A model generated the notes under the pieces. That model was not told where the DNA came from and did no database searches. It was given only the letters and a program-made list of their open reading frames with translations. A program made the position numbers and the translations under genes. Below, piece by piece: positions 1 to 10,912 of a stretch of 64,000 nt of DNA. Position 1 is the stretch's first letter. Each line of letters starts with the position of its first letter. The stretch spans positions 62,001 through 126,000 of the forward strand of contig MU008218.1 in the NCBI GenBank assembly GCA_010909165.1, read 5' to 3'. Source of the stretch: Anthoceros angustus (taxonomy: Eukaryota > Plantae > Anthocerotophyta).

Positions 1-618
1 GTGAGCACGGAGCACCTTAATGGAACAAAGAAAACACACTTGAAAGCCGTGACTACTGGGCCAACCCCAAAAACTGCTGCCAAAGCCGTCTCACGAGCCA
101 TTCCCTGCCACCAGAGAAGTGGATGGTAAAGCTAGAAGAAGCCCAGAAACCAGAAAAGGATACAGAAACGATGCCCAATGATGTATGTGCTCGCTAACTC
201 ACCAGAACTTTGCTCAAGGCTGTGGCTGCTCCAATTATGCCCGCAATCTCCAGTAAACCCCCTGAGAATAAACATCCGTACTAAGCATTAAGTCTTCCCA
301 CACAGGCTCAAAATCACCTAATTCGAATGAGCTGGTAGCTTAACGCTTACTGCTCTCATTCTCCCGGTCCTCAGTGACCTCGGAGGCTGTAGAAATGGAG
401 CCATCCTCAAACGGCTCCTCTGCTTGGCAGTAAGCACCTCGAATACCACGTGCAATAGCGAGCTTTGGTACCAGCTTCAGAGACAATCTCCGAAAAGACC
501 TCCTTCTCTCGAGGCCAGCACAAGGAGAAGCGACAGATGACGTGGTAACGGATTGAACCCGCAAAAACAGCACTGGATGCTGGCGGCAACAGACCGATGC
601 TTTCCCAATCATCACCAT
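1..618 (-). CDS. murJ: Plastid-targeted MurJ/MviN lipid II flippase, 5' part (exons 618-351, 261-203, 104-40; gene runs off the left edge)
   Basis: Manual splicing with phase-consistent GT-AG introns gives an Arg/Ser-rich transit-peptide-like N-terminus, then RGLLEIAGIIGAATALSKVLGMARETALAAVFGVGPVVTAF. This matches the MurJ N-terminal signature (cyanobacterial type, approximately AGIVAxATLISKxFGLVRxxAIAAAFGVG). Confidence 0.82.
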
Positions 619-866
619 CGCCCACACCTGCAACTCGGCTGCCTGTCCCCGAAAACTGTTCACAGGAAGCTCTCCAGGTCAGTGCGAGCACACGTCACAC
701 AGTGGTAACACTGTGTCCCTTCTAATCCGGTGCAGAAACTGTACGCATCTGGACTGCAGTACTGACAGAGCATTCCGACTAGCACCTGGTCTCGTGCCTT
801 GATCTTCTGCTGGGATTGTGGCACACAGATTGAAACCAATGCAATTGAGAGCAGGCGCAGGCAAAG

Positions 867-1238
867 ATGTCGTTGCCAACTCCCGAGCGCAAGCGGCCGA
901 TAATGGCCAGATTGCCGCCGATGAGACCGATCTGGATAGACCCTAATGCAAAGGTGGACTCTCCGCAAGGGCGATGGGCTCGCAAGAACTCCGACGTCAC
1001 AGTTCTGTACCACGACAGACCAGCATCCCAGTGCGGCTACCTGATGCCCTACGATCCCAGAGCGCGGCCTCCGAACCAGTATGACGTCGTACCGCAGATC
1101 TGGCCTGTGACCGAGGTGTATGATGTGCTTGAAGGCTACACTATCCCCATGGACTGCAGAAGGTGGGATGTTGCAACGCCCATTACTGCACGCACGCGCC
1201 GGCCTCCCAGATGCATCACACCCATCCAACTAGCTTAG
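867..1238 (+). CDS. Hypothetical 123-aa Pro/Arg-rich protein, divergent from murJ
   Basis: ATG-initiated uninterrupted ORF with protein-like composition. No family recognised. Confidence 0.4.
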   Translation: MSLPTPERKRPIMARLPPMRPIWIDPNAKVDSPQGRWARKNSDVTVLYHDRPASQCGYLMPYDPRARPPNQYDVVPQIWPVTEVYDVLEGYTIPMDCRRWDVATPITARTRRPPRCITPIQLA

Positions 1239-1957
1239 ACGCACCAGCGGCAGGTCCCTGGAAACAGGAGGTTGACGCCCATCTTGGCGAAGGTGATGAC
1301 CCTACAAGAAGACAGCAGAGGAATGATAGGTTTTCCAGCTCCGAACGCATGCGATGATGAGTCCGTGGCATTCAGCTGAACACAGCCATGTCCGTCTTTG
1401 TGGAACAGCCAAGTCTGTCACTGGCCCTGACACTGGGTCAACTCGGTCTAGGGGAAAGCAGTCGTGAGAAGATGGACGGCTTCAGACTAAAGGTTGAGGG
1501 CAGAGTTGATTTCAGGGCCAAGCGATCGTGAAGTCTGTTGCGCTCCACAGCTGAAGAATTTGAAATGGAAATGGCCTCAGGTTGCGACGCAAGCATTCAT
1601 TCATCCACCCATCGCTGATGCATTGCATCCCAAACATACCTCATCCTTCAATCACGCATGTCGAAAAGGAGAAGATTCAGTTCTTCACTTCCCGCGCGAG
1701 CGAGCTTTCGTGGTACCAGGCCGATGAGCGACTGGTTCCTGACATTCGGTCAGCCAAATTAGGAAATCCGAGGAATTTGGAAATCCGGGATGTACCTGAC
1801 TCGTAAGCAGAATCACCACACAAAGAAAGAAATGGCGGAATCAGGGGGCAATCTCGAGATTGAAGCCTATATAAGCAGATGTATTGACCTTGTCCGTCAG
1901 ACGCTCGTGTGTAGTGACTTGTCAATCGGGTGATGTGGTAATCCTATTTTGCAAGAA

Positions 1958-3697
1958 ATGGAGTCGAGGAAAGCATCAGTAGTTCTGGCCACCGTGGCTG
2001 GAGTGGTTGCATTTTCCGCTTCTCTGTCATTCCGATGGCATGCTCGGCAGCTGGTTTCCCGTGCTGTGCATTTCCTCACAAGGATGGTGAGTGGGAGCAG
2101 CAAAAGGGTCCCTTCAATGGGAACTGGGGTGCTGGGACTGATTGGAAACACGCCTTTGATCAGGATTCGGAGCCTCAGCGAAGCCACTGGCTGTGAGGTG
2201 GGATGTTGCTTCTGCTTCTGCGCTGCCTGGTCTTGAGGAAGGGTGATGTTGGTCACGTTTGGTTTGCTATGTTGCAGATTTTGGGCAAGGCAGAGTTTAT
2301 GAATCCGGGTGGAAGTGTGAAAGACCGTGTTGCAGTGAAGATTATGGAGGAGGTGAGGAATCAAATTTTGTGGGTTGTTCCTGGTGTTCCTTACTGGGTC
2401 AGGCATCTGAGGCAGGTTTCCGGTGCAGGCATTGGCATCCGGGTTGCTCGTTCCCGGAGGTTTGGTCACTGAAGGGAGTGCTGGCAGCACTGGGGTGAGC
2501 TTGGCTATGGTAGCCAGGGCTTATGGGTGTACGTGCCATGTGGTGATTCCAGATGATGCAGCCATAGAAAAGGTTGGGTTTTCACTTCTGTCCTTAACGT
2601 GCATTGATGTCTGCCTGCTTGTATTTTTCACCTGATGGGAAGCGTCTCGACACCCCAAAGGGCCTGAGACCGCAGCAGACATGAGGCTAGCGGCTACGCT
2701 GATGGGCAGTGAGGTACCAGCCCCATGTGCTCCGCTCATGCATCCAAATATCTGCTGTAAGAAGCTTCGGTTTTGTCTCACCTCCAGCACTTGCTCTCAT
2801 CTCAGGCCCAGCTGCTAGAAGCACTCGGAGCAAGAGTGGAGAGAGTGAGGCCAGTCTCCATCGCACACAGGGAGCATTTCGTCAATGTTGCCCGCAGAAG
2901 AGCTGAGGAGGGAGGCTTCTTTGCCGATCAGTTTGAAAATCTGGCCAACTTTCGTGCACATTACTCCGGCACAGGTCCTGAGATTTGGAAGCAGAGCCAA
3001 GGCAAGATTGACGCCTTTGTTGCTGCTGCGGGAACCGGTGGAACCCTGGCTGGTGTTTCCTGCTTTCTCAAGGTATGAAGAGGCTTGCAGGCAAGTTCTC
3101 GCACGCAAGCTTAGGGTGCATTCTGTGTCAGGCGACTGATGTCCATTCATTGCAGGAAAGATGTCAGTCGGTGAAATGCTACCTGATCGACCCACCAGGC
3201 TCTGGCCTCTTCAACAAGGTGGTGAGGGGTGTGATGTATACTCGAGAAGAAGCTGAGGGTAAAAGATTGAAGAATCCCTTTGATACCGTTACTGAGGGCA
3301 TCGGCATAAACAGGATAACTGCGAACTTCAAATTGGCAAAACTTGATGGTGCATTCCGTGGAACAGACCTAGAGGCTGTGGAGATGGCTAGGTACGTGAA
3401 TCTTGTCAGCTGTCTTTGCTGCTGTGCTGTGCTGCCTGCTGTTGCTGAGCAGGTTGCCTGGTGACGGTGCTCAGGTTCCTACTGAAGAATGACGGGCTTT
3501 TCTTAGGCAGCTCTTCGGCAATGAACTGTGTTGGTGCAGTTCGTGTGGCGAAGTTGCTTGGTCCTGGGCATACAATTGTGACCATCCTTTGTGATGGTGG
3601 AGCTCGTCACTTAAGCAAGTTCCAGAACCCTGACTACTTGGCAGCTCATGGGCTGACACCAACAGCATCAGGACTGGAGTTTCTAATAAAAAAATGA
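1958..3697 (+). CDS. Cysteine synthase 2-like PLP-dependent enzyme (exons 1958-2197, 2278-2352, 2429-2572, 2806-3072, 3156-3391, 3475-3697)
   Basis: Motifs IGNTPLIRI, KAEFMNPGGSVKDR (PLP lysine), EGSAGSTG, DQFEN, AGTGGT, EGIG and GSSS. There is a hydrophobic N-terminal segment VVLATVAGVVAFSASL, and the introns are canonical. Confidence 0.93.
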
Positions 3698-4966
3698 CTT
3701 CCATGCAGTGTCTGGATTTCTGGGAAAAATCTACAACATCTGCTTTCCAGAAACAATGTCTGCGGTTGGCAGGATTTGGGAATGTCGCAGAAAAGTCGAG
3801 GTGCTGGAGGCTGGCAGCTGACGCAGAGTACGTTGGACATCAACATGCATGTGTTTGCTTAATGGGGTGCTGGAGGACATAGGCGGACTCTCAGATGTGA
3901 CACGCAGCACCTTAATAGGATTTGCCAGCGCTGCAGATGTTTCATCAGAGAAAACTTGGCTCGCTGGTGGACAGATTTCTCACACTGCAGGACCTTAGGT
4001 GGTGAGTCCCTATCAAAGCTATAAAGACGAGGGTTGGCATGAACAAGCACGGCATTGCCACATGAGGCTGAACTTCATCTCCAGAATTCGGGAAAGAGGC
4101 TTGCAAACAACTGAACATGCTGTCCGACGCAGGTCAACCCATGTGTCTGAATCCGGGAGATGCATGTCAAGTTCACTAGGCTGGAAACTGGCAGGGTGCG
4201 CTCATGCTGAACCTGTGTCCATGGAATTCACAGGATTGACAAGTTGAGCAGCAGGACACACAAGCACCTACATCAGGTTTCGTGGGTTGTGCAGAAGACA
4301 TGAGTTTTGCAGTCAGGCTGACCAGACCCTACCTACAGACGGGGACGTGAGACGTTCCCTTCGACAGTCACCTTATTTGCCACAGCAGGAGGACCACCAA
4401 GCTTACCATCAGGGGATGAGGACTCAGCTCCCCATCCCAGCTCTGAGATCTGAACATTGTTCCCTAAATCAGATCAGAATAATGAACAGTCTCGGTCCTG
4501 ATTCCTACATTAACGGACAGGGGTCCGGTTACGATTGGTCGATGCGATTCCCGATATAGAAGCAGCTCGAAAATTGCGGGACAGGCAGCTGTCCATGGCA
4601 CCACGTCCAGCGAAGCAAAAGCCGTCCCAACTTATCATGTTCGTTGATGCATACGATGGAGAGGGCAAGGATTGCTGCCAGTTCCGACCCAGCTGTGCGT
4701 TTCAATCTGGCTTCCTTCAGCTCGACGTCGGAGTAATTCGCCCGGGCAGGTCTTGACATCCATCCTCAAGCTTTGGGAAGCGAGACAGTCTCGTTAGCTG
4801 TAGGATTTGTTGGCGAGCCCTGGATTCGAACTTTCGAGTGTGATTCAAACATGTGGCCCACTCTGTGTTCGAGGGAACGCAACTGCGATGTGATGTGAGG
4901 GAAATCTTTGAATTCAGATGCATTCGCTTTAACGGCTGCTCGCACATGGCCCTTTGGTGATTTCAG

Positions 4967-5920
4967 ATGGGAGCTCAGGTGTCCAAGCAGGTGGACAAGC
5001 GGAAGCTGGTGAAGGAGGAGAAGGCCCAACTGAAGGCTCTGCTGACAGAGAGCGGATGTGTGTTTCCAGGATGTGACTTCAAGCACGAGAACAAGAAGGA
5101 GTGGATGTCCACCTTGGAGAGGGACAAAGTGATTATCAAGAGCATAGTGTGGCCAGGCACTCACGACTCCGCCACGAATGGCATCGGCAACCTGGTGACC
5201 CGGCCCTTCGCCGAGTGCCAAGCCCTGTCCATCTACGACCAGCTGTGCAAGGGAGTGCGCGTGCTGGACATCCGGGTGGAGGAAAACCGCAGAGTCTGCC
5301 ACGGGATTCTGAAATCCTACAGCGTGGAAAAGGTGGTCTCCGGAGTGAAGCAGTTCTTGTCAGAGACGAAGGAGGAAGTGATCATCCTGGAGATCAGAAC
5401 GGAGTTCGGGCACGACGACCCTCCAGACTTCGACAAGTACCTGATCGAGCAGCTGGGAGAGTACCTGGTCCCGCAGGACGAGGCCACCTTCGACCGCACC
5501 TTGCAGGACATCCTGCCGAAGAGAGTGATCTGTGTCTGGAAGCCGCAGAAGGCCCCGGCTCCGTCCCCGGGCAGCCCCCTCTGGAGCTCGGGCTACCTCA
5601 AGGACAACTGGATCGACACCGACCTCCCCGCCACCAAGTTCGAATCCAACCTCAACTTCCTGGGCCAGCAGGAGCCCTGCGAGGTTCGCAGGTTCTTCTA
5701 CCGGGTGGAGAACACGGCCACTCCCCAGCCCGACAACCCCGTCCTGTGCGTCACCCCCGTCACCAAGCGCATCAAACCCTACAGCCGCCTCTTCATCCAA
5801 GAGGCGTGCAAGCGGGGCATCGCGGACCGGCTCCAGATCTTCTCCGAGGACTACGTGGAGGACGACTTCATCGACGCCTGCATCGGCCTCACCGTGGCCC
5901 GGTCCCAGGGCACGGCGTGA
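4967..5920 (+). CDS. PI-PLC X-domain (bacterial-type phosphatidylinositol phospholipase C-like) phosphodiesterase, intronless CDS
   Basis: 317-aa ORF with WPGTHDS, CQxLSIYDQLxxGVRVLDIR and CHG catalytic-His motifs. The N-terminus MGAQVS fits an N-myristoylation consensus. Confidence 0.92.
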   Translation: MGAQVSKQVDKRKLVKEEKAQLKALLTESGCVFPGCDFKHENKKEWMSTLERDKVIIKSIVWPGTHDSATNGIGNLVTRPFAECQALSIYDQLCKGVRVLDIRVEENRRVCHGILKSYSVEKVVSGVKQFLSETKEEVIILEIRTEFGHDDPPDFDKYLIEQLGEYLVPQDEATFDRTLQDILPKRVICVWKPQKAPAPSPGSPLWSSGYLKDNWIDTDLPATKFESNLNFLGQQEPCEVRRFFYRVENTATPQPDNPVLCVTPVTKRIKPYSRLFIQEACKRGIADRLQIFSEDYVEDDFIDACIGLTVARSQGTA

Positions 5921-7394
5921 AGCGCCCACCAAGCGGGCGGAGGAGGTAGCGGCGAAGCGGCCACCAAGGTGATGAAGCAGGCAGGCGTGAACTGCCCACC
6001 GAGCTGCTTTGATGATGTGTTGCAGAATGTCAGGATACCGATCACCAGCGGTAGTAGGGTGTGACAGCTTTTTGTACCATGGTTGGGCCTTGAGTGCCGA
6101 AGCACAAACCCCGGGCTTCCACGCTACGTAGCAGAGCGGTGTCAGCCTTGCGGATACCCGAGGGCCAAGCCTTTTCCAGCCTGCGGTGATGTCAGGTACG
6201 ATTTCCAAGGGGCACTGGGTTCGGCATCTCGAGGAATCCAGAGCCCAGCTCCTGGTGTCTGCCAGGAGAAGGGCTGGGGATGATGCGTCCTCACAGACTT
6301 AAGTACTCCGGAGTCCGGAGCAGGAGGGGATGGAATGGGAAGGAATGGAATGGAATCGTTGTGTGCAATCATTTGTTAACAGGATGGTTGGGGTTGGGAC
6401 TTGGGACTTGGGAGGGAGCTTGGCTTAGCCCAAGGAACATGAGGTACGTACACAAATATCTGCAGGTGGGGCGGGCAGGGCGGGCACGTGTCAGTCAGTG
6501 GGCACGGCCAGTGGTGACCGCCCATTAGCACACGGCTTCGTGGTGGCCAGCGAGAGGCTGGAGCCGTGACGTAGACACCGGAGGTTGATATCCACCCAAT
6601 CCGACGGTTTGCGTAGGCCGTGAGGAGGCTGTCCTTTTGTTGTCTTTCACAAGGAACGCCAGCCTCCAAGCCAACCGGGGAAGCTACAAAATTCCAAGCT
6701 CCATGGAATCATTCTCTGCTGCTTGATGTTTTCCGCTTCGGACAAGGCATTCTGGCATCGTCTGATTCGCGCTCCCGTCTCCCCCCTTCCCCACAAGCCT
6801 AGGAGCCTATGGCCCTAGGGCTAGGGGCCTAGGGCTTGCACCATGCATGCGCGAAGCGTGCTGCGTCCACGTTCCCTTCAATGCGTCGCACGCCAGCTTT
6901 AGACCACCTCTGTAGGTAGTGTACTACAATGGCATGACACCGGTGATCCGGTGACTGGTTAGGGAGATCCTCAAAATTTGTTCATGCATTTCATGGTAAT
7001 CTTTAATCCCGTTGCTCGACGCAAGTTGCCCACTCTCCTTTTGTGGGTAGTGTCTGCAAAGGTATCCCCCTGGCCTTTCGTGGTGGCTTGCTGAAGAACT
7101 AGTTGCAAAAACAAAGGATAAGCCAATATGTGGCCTTTGGAGTTTGTAGATTATGAAGCTTTTGGAGCGAGCACACCAGGTGGCCAGTGCGAGGGGGAGA
7201 CGGGGATAAGCGATGACCGTTATGATCTGGGCCTGGCCCACCGAGAAAGCGAGAAGAAAGGAAATTGGGTGGAGCTGAGCTGATCTGAGCTGAGCTGAGC
7301 AGAGCGCGGTGTGAACGGGCCCACCCGGGTAGTGCGCGATGCGAGGGCGACTGCCGACGGGTCGAGAGCTGCTCTTCGTGGCCATGCTTCCCAT

Positions 7395-7460
7395 CTCTTC
7401 TCTTCCCTTCCCTTCCCTTGCCTTGCCTTCCCTTGCCTTGCCTTCCCTTCCCTTCCCTGC
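7395..7460 (+). repeat. Pyrimidine-rich pentamer microsatellite (CCTTC/CCTTG)n
   Basis: Read directly: tcttcccttcccttcccttgccttgccttcccttgccttg... Confidence 0.85.
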
Positions 7461-7778
7461 GCGTTCCCTTCACACTTTCCTTATCTGGACTACTATCCAG
7501 TCCATGTATGTCTACCCGGTCGCCCGGTAACGCATCACCGGCTGGACCGGGAGCGGGGAGACGTCTCTCCGAGTCCACACGTCCGCACGTAGCATGTCCT
7601 TTGCGAAGGAACGTCTCGTCGCGTGTCCCGTGTACAGTATGTACATGTATCTGTGTATGCATGTACATTCATATGTTGTACATACAATATTACAGATACT
7701 GTGCATACATTGTTAAGGCCGTTATGGTATGCATATGCAGGGGCCAAGGAAGCGCATGTGATGGCGAGGCACATGATT

Positions 7779-7811
7779 AGAGGCAGAGGCAGAGGCAGAG
7801 GCAGAGGCAGG
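7779..7811 (+). repeat. (AGAGGC)n hexamer microsatellite; complementary (CTCTGC)n tracts at ~9158-9192 and ~10327-10360
   Basis: Read directly from the sequence. Confidence 0.9.
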
Positions 7812-8558
7812 TATCTGGCAGCGTGTTTGTCGTACTCTGGGGAGGGCGAGGTGAGGTTAACTCGGGGTGGAGTTCCGGGTTCCGGCAAGGGCACGGCGCA
7901 GCACCTCTGGAGCCACGGCTGCGGGCCCCGCCGCAGATGCCATGGGCAGGGGTCGGGTTAGAGGGCTAAACAGGCGAGTTACGGCATTGGCGACCTCTGA
8001 CAAGCACGAGCGGGAGCCCCGACCGGCAGGCGGTTAAAGTCCCCGCCCTTCGCTGCTTCGCTTCACTCTAAGTGAAAGGCAACGCTACGCAACGCAAGGC
8101 GAGCCCAAGGGCCACACAAGGAGGCCGTCAGAAAAGAAAAGCGGCAACGGGCGGAGCGGAGGAAGGAGACGAAGGCGCTCGCCAAGTTGCGTCGCCATTT
8201 TGGACGGTGCAGCCAAACCAGGCGAAGGCCGGGCCGCGCTGCCATAGCCGCTGCCATTGCGCGCCTGGGAAAGCACGCTTGCCGCAACGCTTAAGGCAGA
8301 GAGAGGAATTGGAGCCGGAAGCCGGAAGCCGGAAAGCCTTGAGAACATGTGGTAGAGCGCGGGAGGAGTCAGAGGGAGCCAATTCCCGGCTCACGCTAGG
8401 GACTCGGAGACTCCGAGGGAGGAGAGGAGGCCTGGGGGAATAAGGAATCCCCGCTTGATTCCGCTTCCGCACCGTGTGGTTGCGTTCGAGGTGGATCGGG
8501 AACCTGAGCTTGGCTTCTTGGAAACGGCGGTAGAGCCGGGGAGGGGAGGGGAGGGGAG

Positions 8559-10912
8559 GCGAGGCGAGGGAGATGCTCTTGTTGCTCTTCGCTGCCCCTG
8601 CCTCCCGCATGCCGGAGTGTGAGTGTGTGTGTGAGTGTGAGTGTGAGTGAGTGCGAGTAGAAGAGTGGAAAGTGAGCGAGTTCGAGTGCCGGAGTGCCGG
8701 AGTGCCAGAGTGCGAGACTGCGGGAGCTTGAAAGCGGAGCTTGCAAGTGCTCGATCCCTTTGGAATCCTTCCTTGCGGAAGAAGCACCAATAAAGTCGCT
8801 CGGCCTGAGTCACAGCTTTTCCAGTCACGAGTTTTGCAGTCTCTCGGGTGTAGGTGGTGTGGTTGTAGTTGTAGTTGTGTGTGTTTGATAGCATCAAAGT
8901 GACGTACATCTGGAGAGGGGATTCGGAGGCTGAGGAGATTTGAGTGAAGTGAAGTGAAGTTTTCGTCGGAGCCGCGCGGTGTGAAGTTTTTTTGGACAAT
9001 TGGAGTTGAATCATGGATCGTACAGAAGGGACCTGTCCCATGACAAATGCATTGCTGCATCGTCGTTTGCTGTGGTGAGAGAGAGGATGTTACATACTCG
9101 CACGGCGGCATTGGCTCACACAGTGACTGCGCTTCTGTTTTCTGTTTGATGCGCCTGGCTCTGCCTCTGCCTCTGCCTCTGCCTCTGCCTCTCGTGGACT
9201 CTTCATCTTGGAACGTTTCATGCTAGCCTAGCTTGTCGCTGGAGGCCGTCGTCGTCGCGCGGGCCAAAATTGACATCTCCTCGTTTTGTAGTGAACGAGG
9301 AAGCCAGCAGACGCAGGAACATCTCTTTCAAGCCAATTTTGCAAGGCGTACTGGATTCTTGTTCATACGCTGCTGCTGGCTACCGTTCCTTCAGTTCTGA
9401 GTGCAGGGCCCGCTGTACGAGTGAGTTCCGCAAGCTGTGGACGAGGGAGGGACTGTCGTGTGCCAATTGGAGCACGCTTCGGAGCTGGCAAGGGTTTCGG
9501 CTTCGCTAGCGTGCAAGCTTCGGGAGCTTGGACGAAGGGATTGCGCTCGCAACCTTTCGCAACATTTAGAGTATAGCATCCATGGACGCGGCGTCACTCT
9601 AGTCTCTGCCGTCCAGTCTCCGGGAAATTGAGGCACGCTCAGCAGCGATATGGCTGGTAACGAGTGGATTAACAGCTACTTGGATGCGATTCTGGACACA
9701 GGAGAGCGGGTCGATGATCGTCGGCTCCAGTGACGTCGGGTCGGACAAAAGCGAGGCGAGGGAGATGCTCTTGTTGCTCGCTGCCCTGCCTCCCGCATGC
9801 CGGAGTGAGTGTGAGTGTGTGTGAGTGAGTGCAGTAGAAGAGTGGAAAGTGAGCGAGTTCGAGTGCCGGAGTGCCGGAGTGCCAGAGTGCGAGACTGCAG
9901 GAGCTTGAAAGCGGAGCTTGCAAGTGCTCGATCCTTTGGAATCCTTCCTTGCGGAAGAAGCACCACAAAGTCGCTCGGCCTGAGTCACAGCTTTTCCAGT
10001 CACGAGTTTTGCAGTCTCTCGGGTGTAGGTGGTGTGGTTGTAGTTGTAGTTGTGTGTTTGATAGCATCAAAGTGACGTACATCTGGAGAGGATTCGGAGG
10101 CTGAGGAGATTTGAGTGAAGTGAAGTGAAGTTTTCGTCGGAGCCGCGCGGTGTGAAGTTTTTGGACAATTGAGTTGAATCATGGATCGTACAGAAGGGAC
10201 CTGTCCCATGACAAATGCATTGCTGCATCGTCGTTTGCTGTGGTGAGAGAGAGGATGTTACATACTCGCACGGCGGCATTGGCTCACACAGTGACTGCGC
10301 TTCTGTTTTCTGTTTGATGCGCCTGGCTCTGCCTCTGCCTCTGCCTCTGCCTCTGCCTCTCGTGGACTCTTCATCTTGGAACGTTTCATGCTAGCCTAGC
10401 TTGTCGCTGGAGGCCGTCGTCGTCGCGCGGGCCAAAATTGACATCTCCTCGTTTTGTAGTGAACGAGGAAGCCAGCAGACGCAGGAACATCTCTTTCAAG
10501 CCAATTTTGCAAGGCGTACTGGATTCTTGTTCATACGCTGCTGCTGGCTACCGTTCCTTCAGTTCTGAGTGCAGGGCCCGCTGTACGAGTGAGTTCCGCA
10601 AGCTGTGGACGAGGGACTGTCGTGTGCCAATTGGAGCACGCTTCGAGCTGGCAAGGGTTTCGGCTTCGCTAGCGTGCAAGCTTCGGGAGCTTGGACGAAG
10701 GGATTGCGCTCGCAACCTTTCGCAACATTTAGAGTATAGCATCCATGGACGCGGCGTCACTCTAGTCTCTGCCGTCCAGTCTCCGGGAAATTGAGGCACG
10801 CTCAGCAGCGATATGGCTGGTAACGAGTGGATTAACAGCTACTTGGATGCGATTCTGGACACAGGAGAGCGGGTCGATGATCGTCGGCTCAGTGACGTCG
10901 GGTCGGACAAAA
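8559..10912 (+). repeat. ~1.2-kb tandem duplication of the SPS upstream/5'UTR region plus first ~33 codons (copies ~8559-9750 and ~9751-10912)
   Basis: Near-identical text in both copies, for example ATGGCTGGTAACGAGTGG at 9650 and 10813. The junction at 9751 uses GAGGCGAG microhomology. Confidence 0.95.
9650..9750 (+). pseudogene. Truncated, frameshifted duplicate of SPS exon 1 start
   Basis: Encodes [26 protein letters not shown], then has a 1-nt insertion (ggctccagtg vs ggctcagtg) and breaks at 9750. Confidence 0.85.

Noticed and set aside
4766-6208. Long alternative-frame and antisense ORFs over the PI-PLC gene
   Set aside because: These are shadow ORFs produced by very high GC3 and have no independent motifs.
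6900-9640. ORFs up to 327 aa upstream of SPS
   Set aside because: They run through microsatellites and GC-rich promoter/UTR sequence, translate to low-complexity peptides, and are not preserved in the duplicate copy.
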